Positions 18,243 to 27,881 are shown, counted from the first letter of the stretch. The stretch is DNA of 49,218 bases from Candidatus Caldarchaeum sp. (GCA_038844785.1 JAWBRA010000013.1:1-49218); one strand, 5' to 3'. Program-made: numbers and translations. The notes: generated by a model from the letters alone, not told the origin.

Positions 18243-18674
18243 TTGAGGCGGAGGAAGAGCCGGCACAGGGAGCATACCTCTCTGCAGCTCATAAAAGCAG
18301 TTATTCCCGCTATTCTGTTTACAGCGTTCATTGTCTGGCTCGTTTTGCCGCAGACGCCTTCTCACCCCTCGATCGTTACGGATACAGGTAGAAAGCCTGT
18401 CCTGAACCCTGAGCTGTTTAGAGGTCTGGTTAAAGACGGGTATTTAACTGCAAAGCAGTATCCCCAGCTTCTAGAGCAGTTGAGATGCTACTGTGGTTGC
18501 GACAACCCTAAGCATACCCCCTACCACCGAAACCTCTACGAATGCTTCACAGACACGCATGGCGCCAACTGCCAGGTGTGTGTCGAGGAGGCGTTGATAG
18601 CCAGAAACCTCTACGAGCAAGGGATGGACCCAGCACAGATTAGAAGCTCAATAGATAAGAGATATGGGTTCTGA
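18243..18674 (+). CDS. PCYCGC-motif membrane-anchored protein
   Basis: LRCYCGC...HRNLYECF...HGANCQVCVEEA...IRSSIDKRY. Confidence 0.85.
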   Translation: MRRRKSRHREHTSLQLIKAVIPAILFTAFIVWLVLPQTPSHPSIVTDTGRKPVLNPELFRGLVKDGYLTAKQYPQLLEQLRCYCGCDNPKHTPYHRNLYECFTDTHGANCQVCVEEALIARNLYEQGMDPAQIRSSIDKRYGF

Positions 18675-18685
18675 GGTGCGGTAAG

Positions 18686-19627
18686 TTGAGCATTAGTTGG
18701 ATAGCCCAGCTCCTTACAGCGCTATGTTTGTCTGTTGTCCTCTTCATTCCTTCAGTTTCAGGTCAGAGCCCAGACATAATAACTGTGTCTACGGGGCATT
18801 CGGTTTACACGCTAGGCGAGATGATCGAAATTAGGGCAGTCTTTAAGGGCGCTACCCATGGGACAATAACCCTAACGTTAACAGACCCGTGGGGAACAGT
18901 GGTTAGGAGTTGGTCTTGGGAACATCTCGGAGGAGATTCATACGAGGCGCGGGCAACCCACGTAGCACGGGACCCTGGTAGGTATGTTATCAGGGCCGTC
19001 CACGTAGGCCATCACGGCGAGCCATCCGTGCAAGACTCTAGGGCTGTATCGGTCTGGAGCGCAAAAATCGCTGGACTGGAATATCCCGGCTACGTTGCCG
19101 TCGAAAGGCAGTTTGACGTTAAAGCCATCGTCAAATACACGTTTAATGAAGAGACCACCATCACGTTAGGCATCTGGGATATCAACTCCAAAAGTTGGGC
19201 TGTGAAAACCAATGACACGTTATCAGGAACGGGTATAAAGGAGTATGTGTTAACACTAAAATCCGCCAACACACCCACAATAATGAACCTCTCAGCCAGA
19301 GTTGAATACATGGTTCCAGGCCGTGGATGGCTACACGATGCAACAAGAGATTGGTACATAGATTTCACAGTCCCGGTCTCAATAAAATTCATAACAACGA
19401 CGATAGCTCAACCTATCACTTACACCACCACCGTCACCACACGTATTCTTCAAACCATTGAATCTACGGTAACACAGGTTAAAATAAATCCCACAACCTT
19501 AACAACGGTCCAGATGATAACGTTTACGAAAACCGTTGAAAGGACAACGATACTACAGGCTCGAGACAATACTTTGATCTGGTGGCTTGCAGCCATAGTA
19601 TTCACTGTTGCGGGCGGGGGCTGCTAG
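18686..19627 (+). CDS. Cell-surface protein with a Thr-rich linker; C-terminal anchor appears frameshifted
   Basis: Signal peptide, beta-rich domains, HVGHH motif, Thr-rich stretch. The TM helix is cut at a G5 run; another frame continues LLVYLRAFRFGRR to a stop at 19677. Confidence 0.7.
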   Translation: MSISWIAQLLTALCLSVVLFIPSVSGQSPDIITVSTGHSVYTLGEMIEIRAVFKGATHGTITLTLTDPWGTVVRSWSWEHLGGDSYEARATHVARDPGRYVIRAVHVGHHGEPSVQDSRAVSVWSAKIAGLEYPGYVAVERQFDVKAIVKYTFNEETTITLGIWDINSKSWAVKTNDTLSGTGIKEYVLTLKSANTPTIMNLSARVEYMVPGRGWLHDATRDWYIDFTVPVSIKFITTTIAQPITYTTTVTTRILQTIESTVTQVKINPTTLTTVQMITFTKTVERTTILQARDNTLIWWLAAIVFTVAGGGC

Positions 19628-19785
19628 TTTATCTTAGAGCGTTCAGGTTCGGGAGAAGGGCTTCAAACAATAGTTAGTTCCATACGATAGCACTGCCGTA
19701 TATGAGTTAAAGATGTGGAAATTAACGCTTAGCGGTATCCAGCTCTTATGAATCTTTTAATATCCTCTCTAACACTCTATGTATC

Positions 19786-20403
19786 ATGCCAATAACCCTC
19801 GATGAAGTCGATGTCGCGCTTGTTCGTGCCCTTGCTGAAGATGGAAGACGCTCTTACCGGCAGCTGGCTAAGATCGTTGGTGTGAGCACTCCTACCGCCC
19901 GTCAACGCATCAAGAGGCTGATGGATATCGGGTTCATCAGGAAGATAGCCCCTGTATTCGATTTGGAGAGGGTTGGGAAATCAGCCTCGGCCATCATATG
20001 TTTAAGTGTAGACGCTATGAGGAAGGAAGAAATCATATCCTATCTATCATCGCTGTCCGAGGTCAGGAACGTGTTTTTGACAGCAGGAGAAACTAACATA
20101 ATCATCAGAGCTACAACCCCCGGTATAACGGAGCTGCAAACGTTCCTAGACACCAAAATACTTAGTCACGCCGGGGTCACCGTCCGTGAAAGTCACATAG
20201 TTATAGCCACCGTCAAAGACGAGCAGGGCGTCCCTCTACAGACTAACATACAAATACGCGTAACATGTGATTATTGCGGAGGAGAAATCCAGGGAACACC
20301 GTTTGTTTTCGAGGTAAGGGGAAAAACAGCATACTTATGCTGTAAGACCTGTCTGACCGCATATAAAGCTAAGCACGCATCAAATATGTCTTCAAAAACA
20401 TGA
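19786..20403 (+). CDS. copR: Copper-responsive Lrp/AsnC regulator with a C-terminal TRASH domain
   Basis: LDEVD...DGRRSYRQLAK HTH; CDYCG...YLCCKTC; upstream of copA. Confidence 0.88.
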   Translation: MPITLDEVDVALVRALAEDGRRSYRQLAKIVGVSTPTARQRIKRLMDIGFIRKIAPVFDLERVGKSASAIICLSVDAMRKEEIISYLSSLSEVRNVFLTAGETNIIIRATTPGITELQTFLDTKILSHAGVTVRESHIVIATVKDEQGVPLQTNIQIRVTCDYCGGEIQGTPFVFEVRGKTAYLCCKTCLTAYKAKHASNMSSKT

Positions 20404-20454
20404 TGCGATTCACTTTTTATTTCATTACGATTGTTAGAAACAAGCCTTTTTGGC

Positions 20455-20468
20455 TTGACAATTGTTAA
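20455..20468. promoter_or_regulatory. Candidate operator palindrome upstream of the copper operon
   Basis: TTGACAATTGTTAA, a near-perfect palindrome about 55 nt before the YHS gene. Confidence 0.3.
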
Positions 20469-20522
20469 CAAGAACTGTAAAATAAGACATGGGCTAGAAG
20501 AACACTGAGGTGGAAGAGAAAG

Positions 20523-20738
20523 TTGTTTGGAAAGAAAGTTAGGGACCCCGTTTGCGGAATGAAAGTAGATAAAGGCAAGGTCGTCTTCAAAAGCAACCAC
20601 CACGGCGTGACATATTATTTTTGCTCTGAACACTGTAAAAATGAGTTCGAAAAAAACCCGGCCAAATATCTGACGGAAGAGCCTGCAGAAACGGCTGGAC
20701 ATCATTCCGGCCATCATTTAGGCGGACATTGTTGCTAG
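20523..20738 (+). CDS. YHS/TRASH-domain copper chaperone with a His/Cys-rich tail
   Basis: DPVCGMKV...YYFCSEHCKNEFEKNPAKY; tail GHHSGHHLGGHCC. Confidence 0.9.
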   Translation: MFGKKVRDPVCGMKVDKGKVVFKSNHHGVTYYFCSEHCKNEFEKNPAKYLTEEPAETAGHHSGHHLGGHCC

Positions 20739-20772
20739 GCTTGTTATGCCGAACATCTATAGGAAGCGGTGC

Positions 20773-20973
20773 ATGATGCTCGAAACCCTGCTGAAGGCTC
20801 TTTGCTTCTTAGCACCATCATCCCTTATAATATCGTTGTTCTACCTGGGGGCACCTTGGTGGTTCCTAATCATGGTTGCTGTAGTCACATGCCCTGTGAT
20901 ACATCTTTTGATGTGGAGGCAGGCTAAGAACAAAATCGATAATTTGGTAAAGAGCAAAGCTGGCACGAGGTAG
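20773..20973 (+). CDS. Small membrane protein (DUF2933-like)
   Basis: 2 TM with CPVIHLLM, resembling the CPxxHxxM motif of cop-associated small proteins; alternative start 20746. Confidence 0.5.
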   Translation: MMLETLLKALCFLAPSSLIISLFYLGAPWWFLIMVAVVTCPVIHLLMWRQAKNKIDNLVKSKAGTR

Positions 20974-20987
20974 GAGGTTAAGCGAAC

Positions 20988-23522
20988 ATGGTGAAGAAGG
21001 AGATTGTCTTACAGATAGGGGGGATGAGCTGCACATCGTGTGCTCAGAGCATAGAGCGTGCGTTAAACAATCTGAACGGTGTGTCGGCTAGAGTGAACTT
21101 TAGCTCTGCAAAGGCCTTTATCAGCTACGACCCGGATAAGACACATCTAGCACAAATAAAGAAAGCTGTAAGCGACCTTGGGTATAGAGTGTTAACAGAC
21201 CAGCTTATCCTCAAAATCGTAGGCATGAGCTGCGCCTCATGCGTCCAAAAAGTTGAGAATGCACTTATGAGTATTGAAGGTGTCTTCGACGTGACAGTAA
21301 ACCTAGCCCTAGGCAAGGCCGTAGTAGAACATGCACCGAACGTCAATGTCTCAGATATTCTTCAAGCTGTGAGAGCTGCAGGCTATGAGGCGTCGGAGGC
21401 TGTTGAAGCTGGGCTTACGGTTGACAAGGAGAAACTGGAGAGAAGGAATGAAATAAAACGTCAGGCAATCAATCTAGCTATCGCAGCCCCCGTAGGAATA
21501 CTTGTCATGCTTGGAGAGTTCCGTATGTACTGGATGCAGTATTTCAACATCCCTGAAATTCTTGGCAACAAATTTGTCCTACTAGCTTTAACCACAATCA
21601 TAATCCTAGGCCCAGCTAGACAGTTCTTCGTAAAATCGTTCAGAGGTCTGATGCATGGTGCCACAGACATGAACCTTCTCTATGCTACGGGCATAGGTGC
21701 AGCGTATTCGGTGAGCGCGTTCAGCACCTTTGTACCTTTCGGAGGAGGGCTGCCGAACGTGTGGTTCGAGGCTTCTGCTCTTCTGACGGCGTTCATAGTT
21801 CTCGGACGGTTCCTGGAAGCGCTTACACGGGGGAGGACGTCTGAGGCTATAAGGAGGTTAATGAGCCTGAAGCCAAAGACCGCAACAGTGATTCGAGACG
21901 GTAAAGAGCTAGAGATTTCCTCCGACGAGGTTGTGGTAGGAGATATTGTCCTAGTAAGGCCGGGCGAAAAGATTCCCGTAGACGGCGTTGTAATCGACGG
22001 CTTCTCGTCTGTTGATGAGTCGATGGTCACAGGCGAAAGCATGCCCGTGGATAAAAACGTTGGAGACGAGGTTATAGGAGCTACGGTCAACAAGACAGGC
22101 TTCCTTAAAATCAAGGCAACCAAAGTAGGCAAAGACACAGCACTAGCCCAAATCATAAACCTAGTGGAGCAAGCTCAGACCTCGAAGCTTCCAATCCAGA
22201 GGCTGGCGGACTGGGTTGCCGGACACTTTATCTTCTCCATTCATGTACTTGCGTTAGCGACGTTCTTATTCTGGTTCTTCATAGGGTATGATGTCTTCTT
22301 CATGCCTAAAGGCGGGGAGGTGTTCGCGGGCTTCTGGTACCGTGCTGCTCCACAAGCCTCTCCAGCAATGGTCGCGTTACTCATCTCGATAGCCGTCCTA
22401 GTCATCTCCTGCCCATGTGCTGTAGGTCTTGCCACTCCATCAGCCGTTATGATGGGGACAGGAAAGGCCGCTGAGAACGGTATTCTGATCAGGGAGGGTG
22501 AGGCCCTAGAAACAGCACACAAGCTCGATGTCATCATCTTCGACAAAACGGGTACCTTGACCAAGGGCGAGCCAGCGGTAACGGATATAGTGCTCAAACA
22601 AGCGGCAGAGATGCTTATAATGGACAACCCCCATCCGTTCAACGAAGAACATCTACTCAGACTGGCGGCAATCGCAGAAAAGAGGTCTGAACATCCGCTG
22701 GCTCAAGCCATAGTGAAAAAGGCCGAGGAAAAAGGGATAGATATACCTGATCCAGAGCTGTTTGAGGCTATCCCGGGACAGGGCGTTAAAGCAGTATACG
22801 ATGGGAAAACAATACTGATTGGTAACCGAAAGTTGATGGCAAGCAATAACGTACAGATAAACGATCTTGTGGATAAGGTTAGCGCTTTAGAGGATGAGGG
22901 GAAAACGGCCATGATCCTTGCATACGGCGGCGTGGCCTTAGGCGTCATAGCCGTTGCAGACACTCTCAAGGAACACTCAGCTGAAGCCGTTGGGATGCTT
23001 CAGAAGATGGGCATTGAGGTGGCTATGCTGACGGGGGATAACAGGAGAACTGCAAACGCTATCGCAAGGCGGCTGGGCATCAAGCGGGTTTTGGCAGAGG
23101 TTCTTCCGGCAGAAAAGGCCGAAGAGGTGAAGAAGCTGCAGATTGAAGGTAAGAAGGTAGGATTCGTTGGAGATGGGATCAATGATGCTCCTGCATTAAC
23201 CCAAGCAGATCTGGGAATAGCTTTGGGAAGCGGTACCGACATAGCCATGGAAGCGGGAAAGATCGTACTCATCAAAGATGATTTAAGGGATGTGGTCAAT
23301 GCTATCGACATCAGCAGGCGAACTATGAGGAAGATTAAGGAGAACCTGTTTTGGGCCTTCTTCTACAACGCCGCCGCAGTACCGCTGGCTATGGGTGTGC
23401 TCTATCCGTCAATGAGCTTTGTGGTAAGCCCTGAGCTCGCAGCGCTGCTTATGGCCATCAGCTCTTTCACCGTGACCATCAACACACTGACGATGAAGAG
23501 GATGAAGCCTAAAGTTAGGTGA
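20988..23522 (+). CDS. copA: Cu(I)-translocating P1B-type ATPase
   Basis: Two GMSCxxC HMA domains, [28 protein letters not shown] and MxxSS ligands. Confidence 0.97.
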   Translation: MVKKEIVLQIGGMSCTSCAQSIERALNNLNGVSARVNFSSAKAFISYDPDKTHLAQIKKAVSDLGYRVLTDQLILKIVGMSCASCVQKVENALMSIEGVFDVTVNLALGKAVVEHAPNVNVSDILQAVRAAGYEASEAVEAGLTVDKEKLERRNEIKRQAINLAIAAPVGILVMLGEFRMYWMQYFNIPEILGNKFVLLALTTIIILGPARQFFVKSFRGLMHGATDMNLLYATGIGAAYSVSAFSTFVPFGGGLPNVWFEASALLTAFIVLGRFLEALTRGRTSEAIRRLMSLKPKTATVIRDGKELEISSDEVVVGDIVLVRPGEKIPVDGVVIDGFSSVDESMVTGESMPVDKNVGDEVIGATVNKTGFLKIKATKVGKDTALAQIINLVEQAQTSKLPIQRLADWVAGHFIFSIHVLALATFLFWFFIGYDVFFMPKGGEVFAGFWYRAAPQASPAMVALLISIAVLVISCPCAVGLATPSAVMMGTGKAAENGILIREGEALETAHKLDVIIFDKTGTLTKGEPAVTDIVLKQAAEMLIMDNPHPFNEEHLLRLAAIAEKRSEHPLAQAIVKKAEEKGIDIPDPELFEAIPGQGVKAVYDGKTILIGNRKLMASNNVQINDLVDKVSALEDEGKTAMILAYGGVALGVIAVADTLKEHSAEAVGMLQKMGIEVAMLTGDNRRTANAIARRLGIKRVLAEVLPAEKAEEVKKLQIEGKKVGFVGDGINDAPALTQADLGIALGSGTDIAMEAGKIVLIKDDLRDVVNAIDISRRTMRKIKENLFWAFFYNAAAVPLAMGVLYPSMSFVVSPELAALLMAISSFTVTINTLTMKRMKPKVR

Positions 23523-23527
23523 CGTAA

Positions 23528-23734
23528 ATGGGTCGAATCGCAAGAAAAATTGCTACTGTAGGCTCATGCCTACTCTTAGCCGGCTTCATCGCGACCCTGT
23601 TCGCAGTAGGTGCCCTAAGAACCGGAAAGTACTCGCAGACAGATATTTATTTGGGAACGGTGTGGGTTTTCGTCTTGTCGCTGATTATATCTTCGCCCCT
23701 CCTCATTCCAATGCTGAGGAAGGTGGTGAACTAG
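23528..23734 (+). CDS. Small 2-TM membrane protein
   Basis: Two hydrophobic helices; tightly packed between copA and the next gene. Confidence 0.6.
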   Translation: MGRIARKIATVGSCLLLAGFIATLFAVGALRTGKYSQTDIYLGTVWVFVLSLIISSPLLIPMLRKVVN

Positions 23735-24379
23735 ATGCAGGACTACGGCTATGGGCAGTGGTGGCTCACAGCGTTTAACATAGCTCTGTTCGGAGGCTTT
23801 CTAGCCCTCCTCCCCTATCGTAAAACATCAACGTCTTCACGCCTCACTAAAGGAGTCTTTCTATCTTTTATCATAGCACTTTTCACAGAGATGTACTGCT
23901 TTCCACTAACAATATACATGTTAACTTGGCTTACAGGTTATAAGAATCCATTGACCCATGAGTCAGGGCATATGCTCTATCCCGAGCTTGGAATGCTCTC
24001 TCCACTCCACTTCCTGTCAATCCTAATCATAGGTGGGGGAATACTCCTTATCATCAAAGGCTGGTTAAAGATATACAATGCGAAAGGCTCTCTCGTAACC
24101 GACGGAGTATATTCCTACGTCAGGCATCCGCAGTATCTGGGCATCTTCTTAATGACCTCAGGCTTTCTCCTTCAGTGGATAACAATACCCACAGCCATAA
24201 TGTTCCCCATACTTTTAGTCATGTACTATCGTCTAGCTAAAAGTGAGGAGAAAGAATTGGAAAGAATCTTTGGTGAGGAGTACACGCGGTACAAGCTTGC
24301 TGTCCCAATGTTTCTACCTAGAAGACTTCTCACACTTTTCAAGACTGTTCCCAAGATCTATGAGAGGCGTATTAGATGA
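23735..24379 (+). CDS. Isoprenylcysteine carboxyl methyltransferase-family membrane protein (cop-associated)
   Basis: FIIALFTEMY.FPLTIY, LVTDGVYSYVRHPQYLG, EEKELERIFGEEY. Confidence 0.88.
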   Translation: MQDYGYGQWWLTAFNIALFGGFLALLPYRKTSTSSRLTKGVFLSFIIALFTEMYCFPLTIYMLTWLTGYKNPLTHESGHMLYPELGMLSPLHFLSILIIGGGILLIIKGWLKIYNAKGSLVTDGVYSYVRHPQYLGIFLMTSGFLLQWITIPTAIMFPILLVMYYRLAKSEEKELERIFGEEYTRYKLAVPMFLPRRLLTLFKTVPKIYERRIR

Positions 24380-25278
24380 AGGATAGGCTCAGGTTCATTA
24401 TCCATGGGGTATTGGCGTCCGGAACACTCCTGTCCATCTACTTTCTCGTGGTCAGTCTTGCACAATCATACCTACACGCAGTCGAGGAGTTTTTCTCCCT
24501 ATCATACCTAATGCTTCCATTGGTATTAGGTTTCGGAGTTCAAGTCTCACTATTTTCCTATTCGAGACATCAGGCTAAGACATTGCGCGGAGGCTCAGCA
24601 TGTATAGCCGTCAGCGGAGGTGTCTCCTCAACAGCCATGATAGCTTGCTGCGCTCATCACATCACCGACGTATTACCCTTGCTAGGATTCACAGCAGCAG
24701 CTGTTTTCCTCACGGTTTATCAAGATATCTTCATCATGGTCGGGCTGCTGTCAAACATTATTGGCATCACATTCATGCTAAGCTTAATCCAGAGACATCG
24801 ATTATACGCATCTGATGGAATAATGGCGAAGTTCATGAGAGTTGACATGGTGAAGCTCATGACCCTGGTCTTAATTGTGTTTGCAGTAGCCGCCGTTCCT
24901 TTAATCTGGAGCATCGTTACTAGTCCTAGGACGGCTGGCGTAGAAAGTGTCACAGGCGTGATAACACTGTCTAGTGTGGTTAACGATGCAAACGGACTTG
25001 TTGTTGAAGTGATGCCTCTCCCGCTCTCCTTCGGCCAAGATATCAATTTCAGAGTGAAGATGGATACTCACGTAGGCGATTTAGATTTCGACCTAACTGA
25101 AGTAGCATATTTAGAAGATAGCAATGGACAGATGTATCTTCCAAAAGGATGGAGCGGTTCACCACCCGGAGGGCATCATAGAGAAGGCATACTGTCTTTC
25201 CCACCCTTGTCGGGCAAGCCACGTTCGATTAAGCTGGTTTTAGAGGCGCTGTACGGTGTTGACAGGGTTTTTGAATAG
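24376..25278 (+). CDS. CCAHH-motif membrane protein fused to a His-containing soluble domain
   Basis: AMIACCAHHITDVLP within the TM region; C-terminal MDTHVGDL...PPGGHHREGILSF. It ends exactly at the IS end. Confidence 0.75.
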   Translation: MKDRLRFIIHGVLASGTLLSIYFLVVSLAQSYLHAVEEFFSLSYLMLPLVLGFGVQVSLFSYSRHQAKTLRGGSACIAVSGGVSSTAMIACCAHHITDVLPLLGFTAAAVFLTVYQDIFIMVGLLSNIIGITFMLSLIQRHRLYASDGIMAKFMRVDMVKLMTLVLIVFAVAAVPLIWSIVTSPRTAGVESVTGVITLSSVVNDANGLVVEVMPLPLSFGQDINFRVKMDTHVGDLDFDLTEVAYLEDSNGQMYLPKGWSGSPPGGHHREGILSFPPLSGKPRSIKLVLEALYGVDRVFE

Positions 25279-26478
25279 GTTCTGAACTAAGTATGGATGT
25301 GTGGATTCCATGCTTAGTCCTTGAGCTTCATCGCTCTTGGCCTTCTCAGGGTTCATCGGAGGCTTCATTGGGCTTTGCTCCTTTCGGGGGGAGCCCGTAA
25401 CTCCCCACATCCTAAGGTATGTTTTCCATATGTTTGTTGATGCGTTTTTCTGCCTGTCGGTTACGAGTCCGCAGCTTGGGCATTTGAACATACCTGCTCC
25501 TCTTAGGTCTTTATTATAGTACCCGCATTTGGAGCAGGTTTTTGAAGTCCTATAAGCCTTGACAAACACCGTCGCATAACCATTCCATGCAGACTTATAA
25601 ACTACATACCTTTGAAGCTTGATGTAATCATGCTTACTGTTCTGTCTGTTTATACTTCTACTCTTTGTCCTAGCTATTCTCTCCTTGAAGTTTCTTAAAT
25701 CCTCGAATACGTTTGTCCTATCAGATAATCTTTTTGCAAGTTTATGCAATACATCATCAGCCCAGTTCCTCTCCCTTGAACTGTATCTCCTCAGGAGCTT
25801 CTTCCTAGTTTTTCAGGCAGCCTCTGTATAGTCCTTCTCTTAATCTCATATGTTCTGTGAATTGTGTAGATCTCCTGCAGACTCATCGAGTAATGGTTCT
25901 GGCCGTCGAAGCCGTCTAATGTTAAGAGGTTTATGTCCCAAGCTATCGGGTCTTTAACCTTCAGCCACACCTCCTTTCTAACAGTAACTATGAGCCTATC
26001 CTTTTTGAGTATAAGTTCTCCGAGCTCAAAACCCCTTATCCTACTCCAGCACCATGTCCTCCTCAAATCCATAACCACATTCTCTTCGTAGGGTCTTACT
26101 GAGATTCTGAGAACACCATCCCTATAACTGTAAAGAGTCTCCTTAACCCTAACAAACCTCCTCCTCAACTCAGGCCTTCTTCTCCCAGCCTTTCCACGAA
26201 GGTATCTCTTCCTCCACGACTTAAGCATAGAATATGCCTGTTTTATAGCAGAATCCATATAATGCTTAGAGTAACACCATCCCCTAAGATGCTTCTCTCT
26301 AAGCTCTCTCCTAAAGGCCTTATCCTTCCTTAAGAAAGGTATGAGCCTCTTGCCCCTCTTCACCCACGCTATATTCCCCCATAAGTCTTCCATGGCAGCG
26401 CTTAAGACATTCATAATAATTCTCTATAAACTCATATACCTCAAGCTTATGCGGTATCGAGTATGCTTTAACTAACAA
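25240..26478 (-). pseudogene. tnpB: TnpB-family nuclease with two frameshifts
   Basis: LVKAYSIPH start, KHYMDSAIKQAY, AWDIN, VFEDL, CSKC...CPSC, DRQKNASTNI; frameshifts near 26415 and 25810. Confidence 0.88.
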
Positions 26479-26559
26479 GATTTCTTCGCTTCCCTAATCG
26501 TATAGAGCTTTTCAGACATCATTTAAACATATTTGTTACGAAACTGCCGATTACGTCGT
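25278..26559 (-). mobile_element. Non-autonomous tnpB insertion sequence, probably IS607-derived (copy 2)
   Basis: GGTTCTGA end plus hairpin 25286-25318; CGAAACTGC at 26539; remnant MSEKLYTIREAKK (26519-26481) resembling the N-terminus of an IS607 serine recombinase. Confidence 0.78.
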
Positions 26560-26633
26560 CGGCTGCGGCCTTTTAAACTGTATCTGTTTTTGGGACAATA
26601 TCTTTAAACGTCTGAAACAATTTTTGTCAGGGG

Positions 26634-26843
26634 ATGAACGCCACATCATTCATCCTTCTGGCAGTATCCTTTCTCACAGCCCTACTTCTGCTGGTCTTCT
26701 TGTTTTCTCGTCGGGAAGGCAGAGCCGAGGGGTTTGCCTTCATCCTGCTGGGGCCTCTACCGTTGGTTGTGAAAGGACGAGCGGCTGTGATACTGCTGGC
26801 TGCCGCGGTTGTTTTGGTTTTCTTGTTGCTGGTGATGTTTTGA
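26634..26843 (+). CDS. DUF131-family small membrane protein
   Basis: EGFAFILLGPLPLV motif between TM helices. Confidence 0.65.
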   Translation: MNATSFILLAVSFLTALLLLVFLFSRREGRAEGFAFILLGPLPLVVKGRAAVILLAAAVVLVFLLLVMF

Positions 26844-27097
26844 TGCGGCATGCTTTTCTCATCCCACTCATTTTTACGCTGGCCTTACTCGCCGTTCTAA
26901 CAGCCTCGCTTCTAACATCCTCGGAGGCCGGCTTCCGGGGAGTGGGCATAGTGGTCATAGGGCCTCTGCCGATAATAATAGACACCTCAGACCCCGCAGC
27001 CATCCCGCTCCTTCTAATCCCATTCATATTAGCGGCGTTAGCGTTCTTCTTGATGTTTCTGAAAACCCGGAGAAAAGTCCGGCTGAATATAGAGTGA
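26843..27097 (+). CDS. DUF131-family small membrane protein (tandem paralog)
   Basis: GVGIVVIGPLPII motif; its ATG overlaps the upstream TGA (TGATG). Confidence 0.7.
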   Translation: MRHAFLIPLIFTLALLAVLTASLLTSSEAGFRGVGIVVIGPLPIIIDTSDPAAIPLLLIPFILAALAFFLMFLKTRRKVRLNIE

Positions 27098-27104
27098 GGT
27101 GACG

Positions 27105-27881
27105 CTATTTTTTAGGCTTGACGACGTAGCTCTCGCTCCAAAGATACTCGAAATAGTTTTTTGCAAACCTCGCTAAGCCTGCGTGGTCCGACCATATCGC
27201 GAGAACAGGTCCTTCATCCTCGGAGAAGACTATCACAACCTCTCTGTTGTCGCAAATGATTCCGCCTCCAAACATCTGGTCTCGGGTTCGAACCTCAGCG
27301 ACTTCTGAAAGCTTTTTGACGATAGAGGCTGCTACGGAGTTTGAAACCATGACCTGAACCCTAGCGTCCCTAGCCCGTGCGGAAAGGATGAGCCCGTAGA
27401 GGTTGTCAGCCATATCCTTCGTCAGCTGAGGAGCCGCTATCAAGAGCTCGTGTTCACATCTGGCCACGGCCTCGCGTATCTTGTCGGCGACGCTTTTCTC
27501 GCCTCGGAGTATCCATATGTCAGGCCTTTCACGTCCTCCCTTCATCTCGAACACGGGCATCAGCTCTCTCACAACCATCTCCGACTTACGTCTCACATCG
27601 CGTTCGATTGACTGGACGAGCGTTTCGATGGCCGCTGCGGGGGATTTTGGGAAATACTTGGCCGGCCTGCCTTGCTGAGACTCGATAAACCCTTTCTCGG
27701 CGAGGGAGCCTAGAACTTCGTAGACCTTTGAGTAGGGTATCAGCTTCATCTCGCTCAGCTCGCCAGCTGTCAAGGGGCCGTTCTCAACCAAGGCGATGTA
27801 GGCTCTTGCCTCGTACTCTGTCAAACCAAGCTCTTGGAGAGCTCGTCTAACCCTTTCGCTGACAACAGACTCTTCAGACAT
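27105..27881 (-). CDS. TrmB-family transcriptional regulator
   Basis: LQELGLTEYEARAYIAL, IPYSKVYEVLGSL, GRPAKY, FAKNYFEYLW; ATG at 27881. Confidence 0.92.
   Translation of the reverse strand: MSEESVVSERVRRALQELGLTEYEARAYIALVENGPLTAGELSEMKLIPYSKVYEVLGSLAEKGFIESQQGRPAKYFPKSPAAAIETLVQSIERDVRRKSEMVVRELMPVFEMKGGRERPDIWILRGEKSVADKIREAVARCEHELLIAAPQLTKDMADNLYGLILSARARDARVQVMVSNSVAASIVKKLSEVAEVRTRDQMFGGGIICDNREVVIVFSEDEGPVLAIWSDHAGLARFAKNYFEYLWSESYVVKPKK

Noticed and set aside
9450-26559. Cas12f/CRISPR interpretation of the TnpB-like genes
   Set aside because: No repeat-spacer array or cas1/cas2 anywhere in the window; IS-like ends are present
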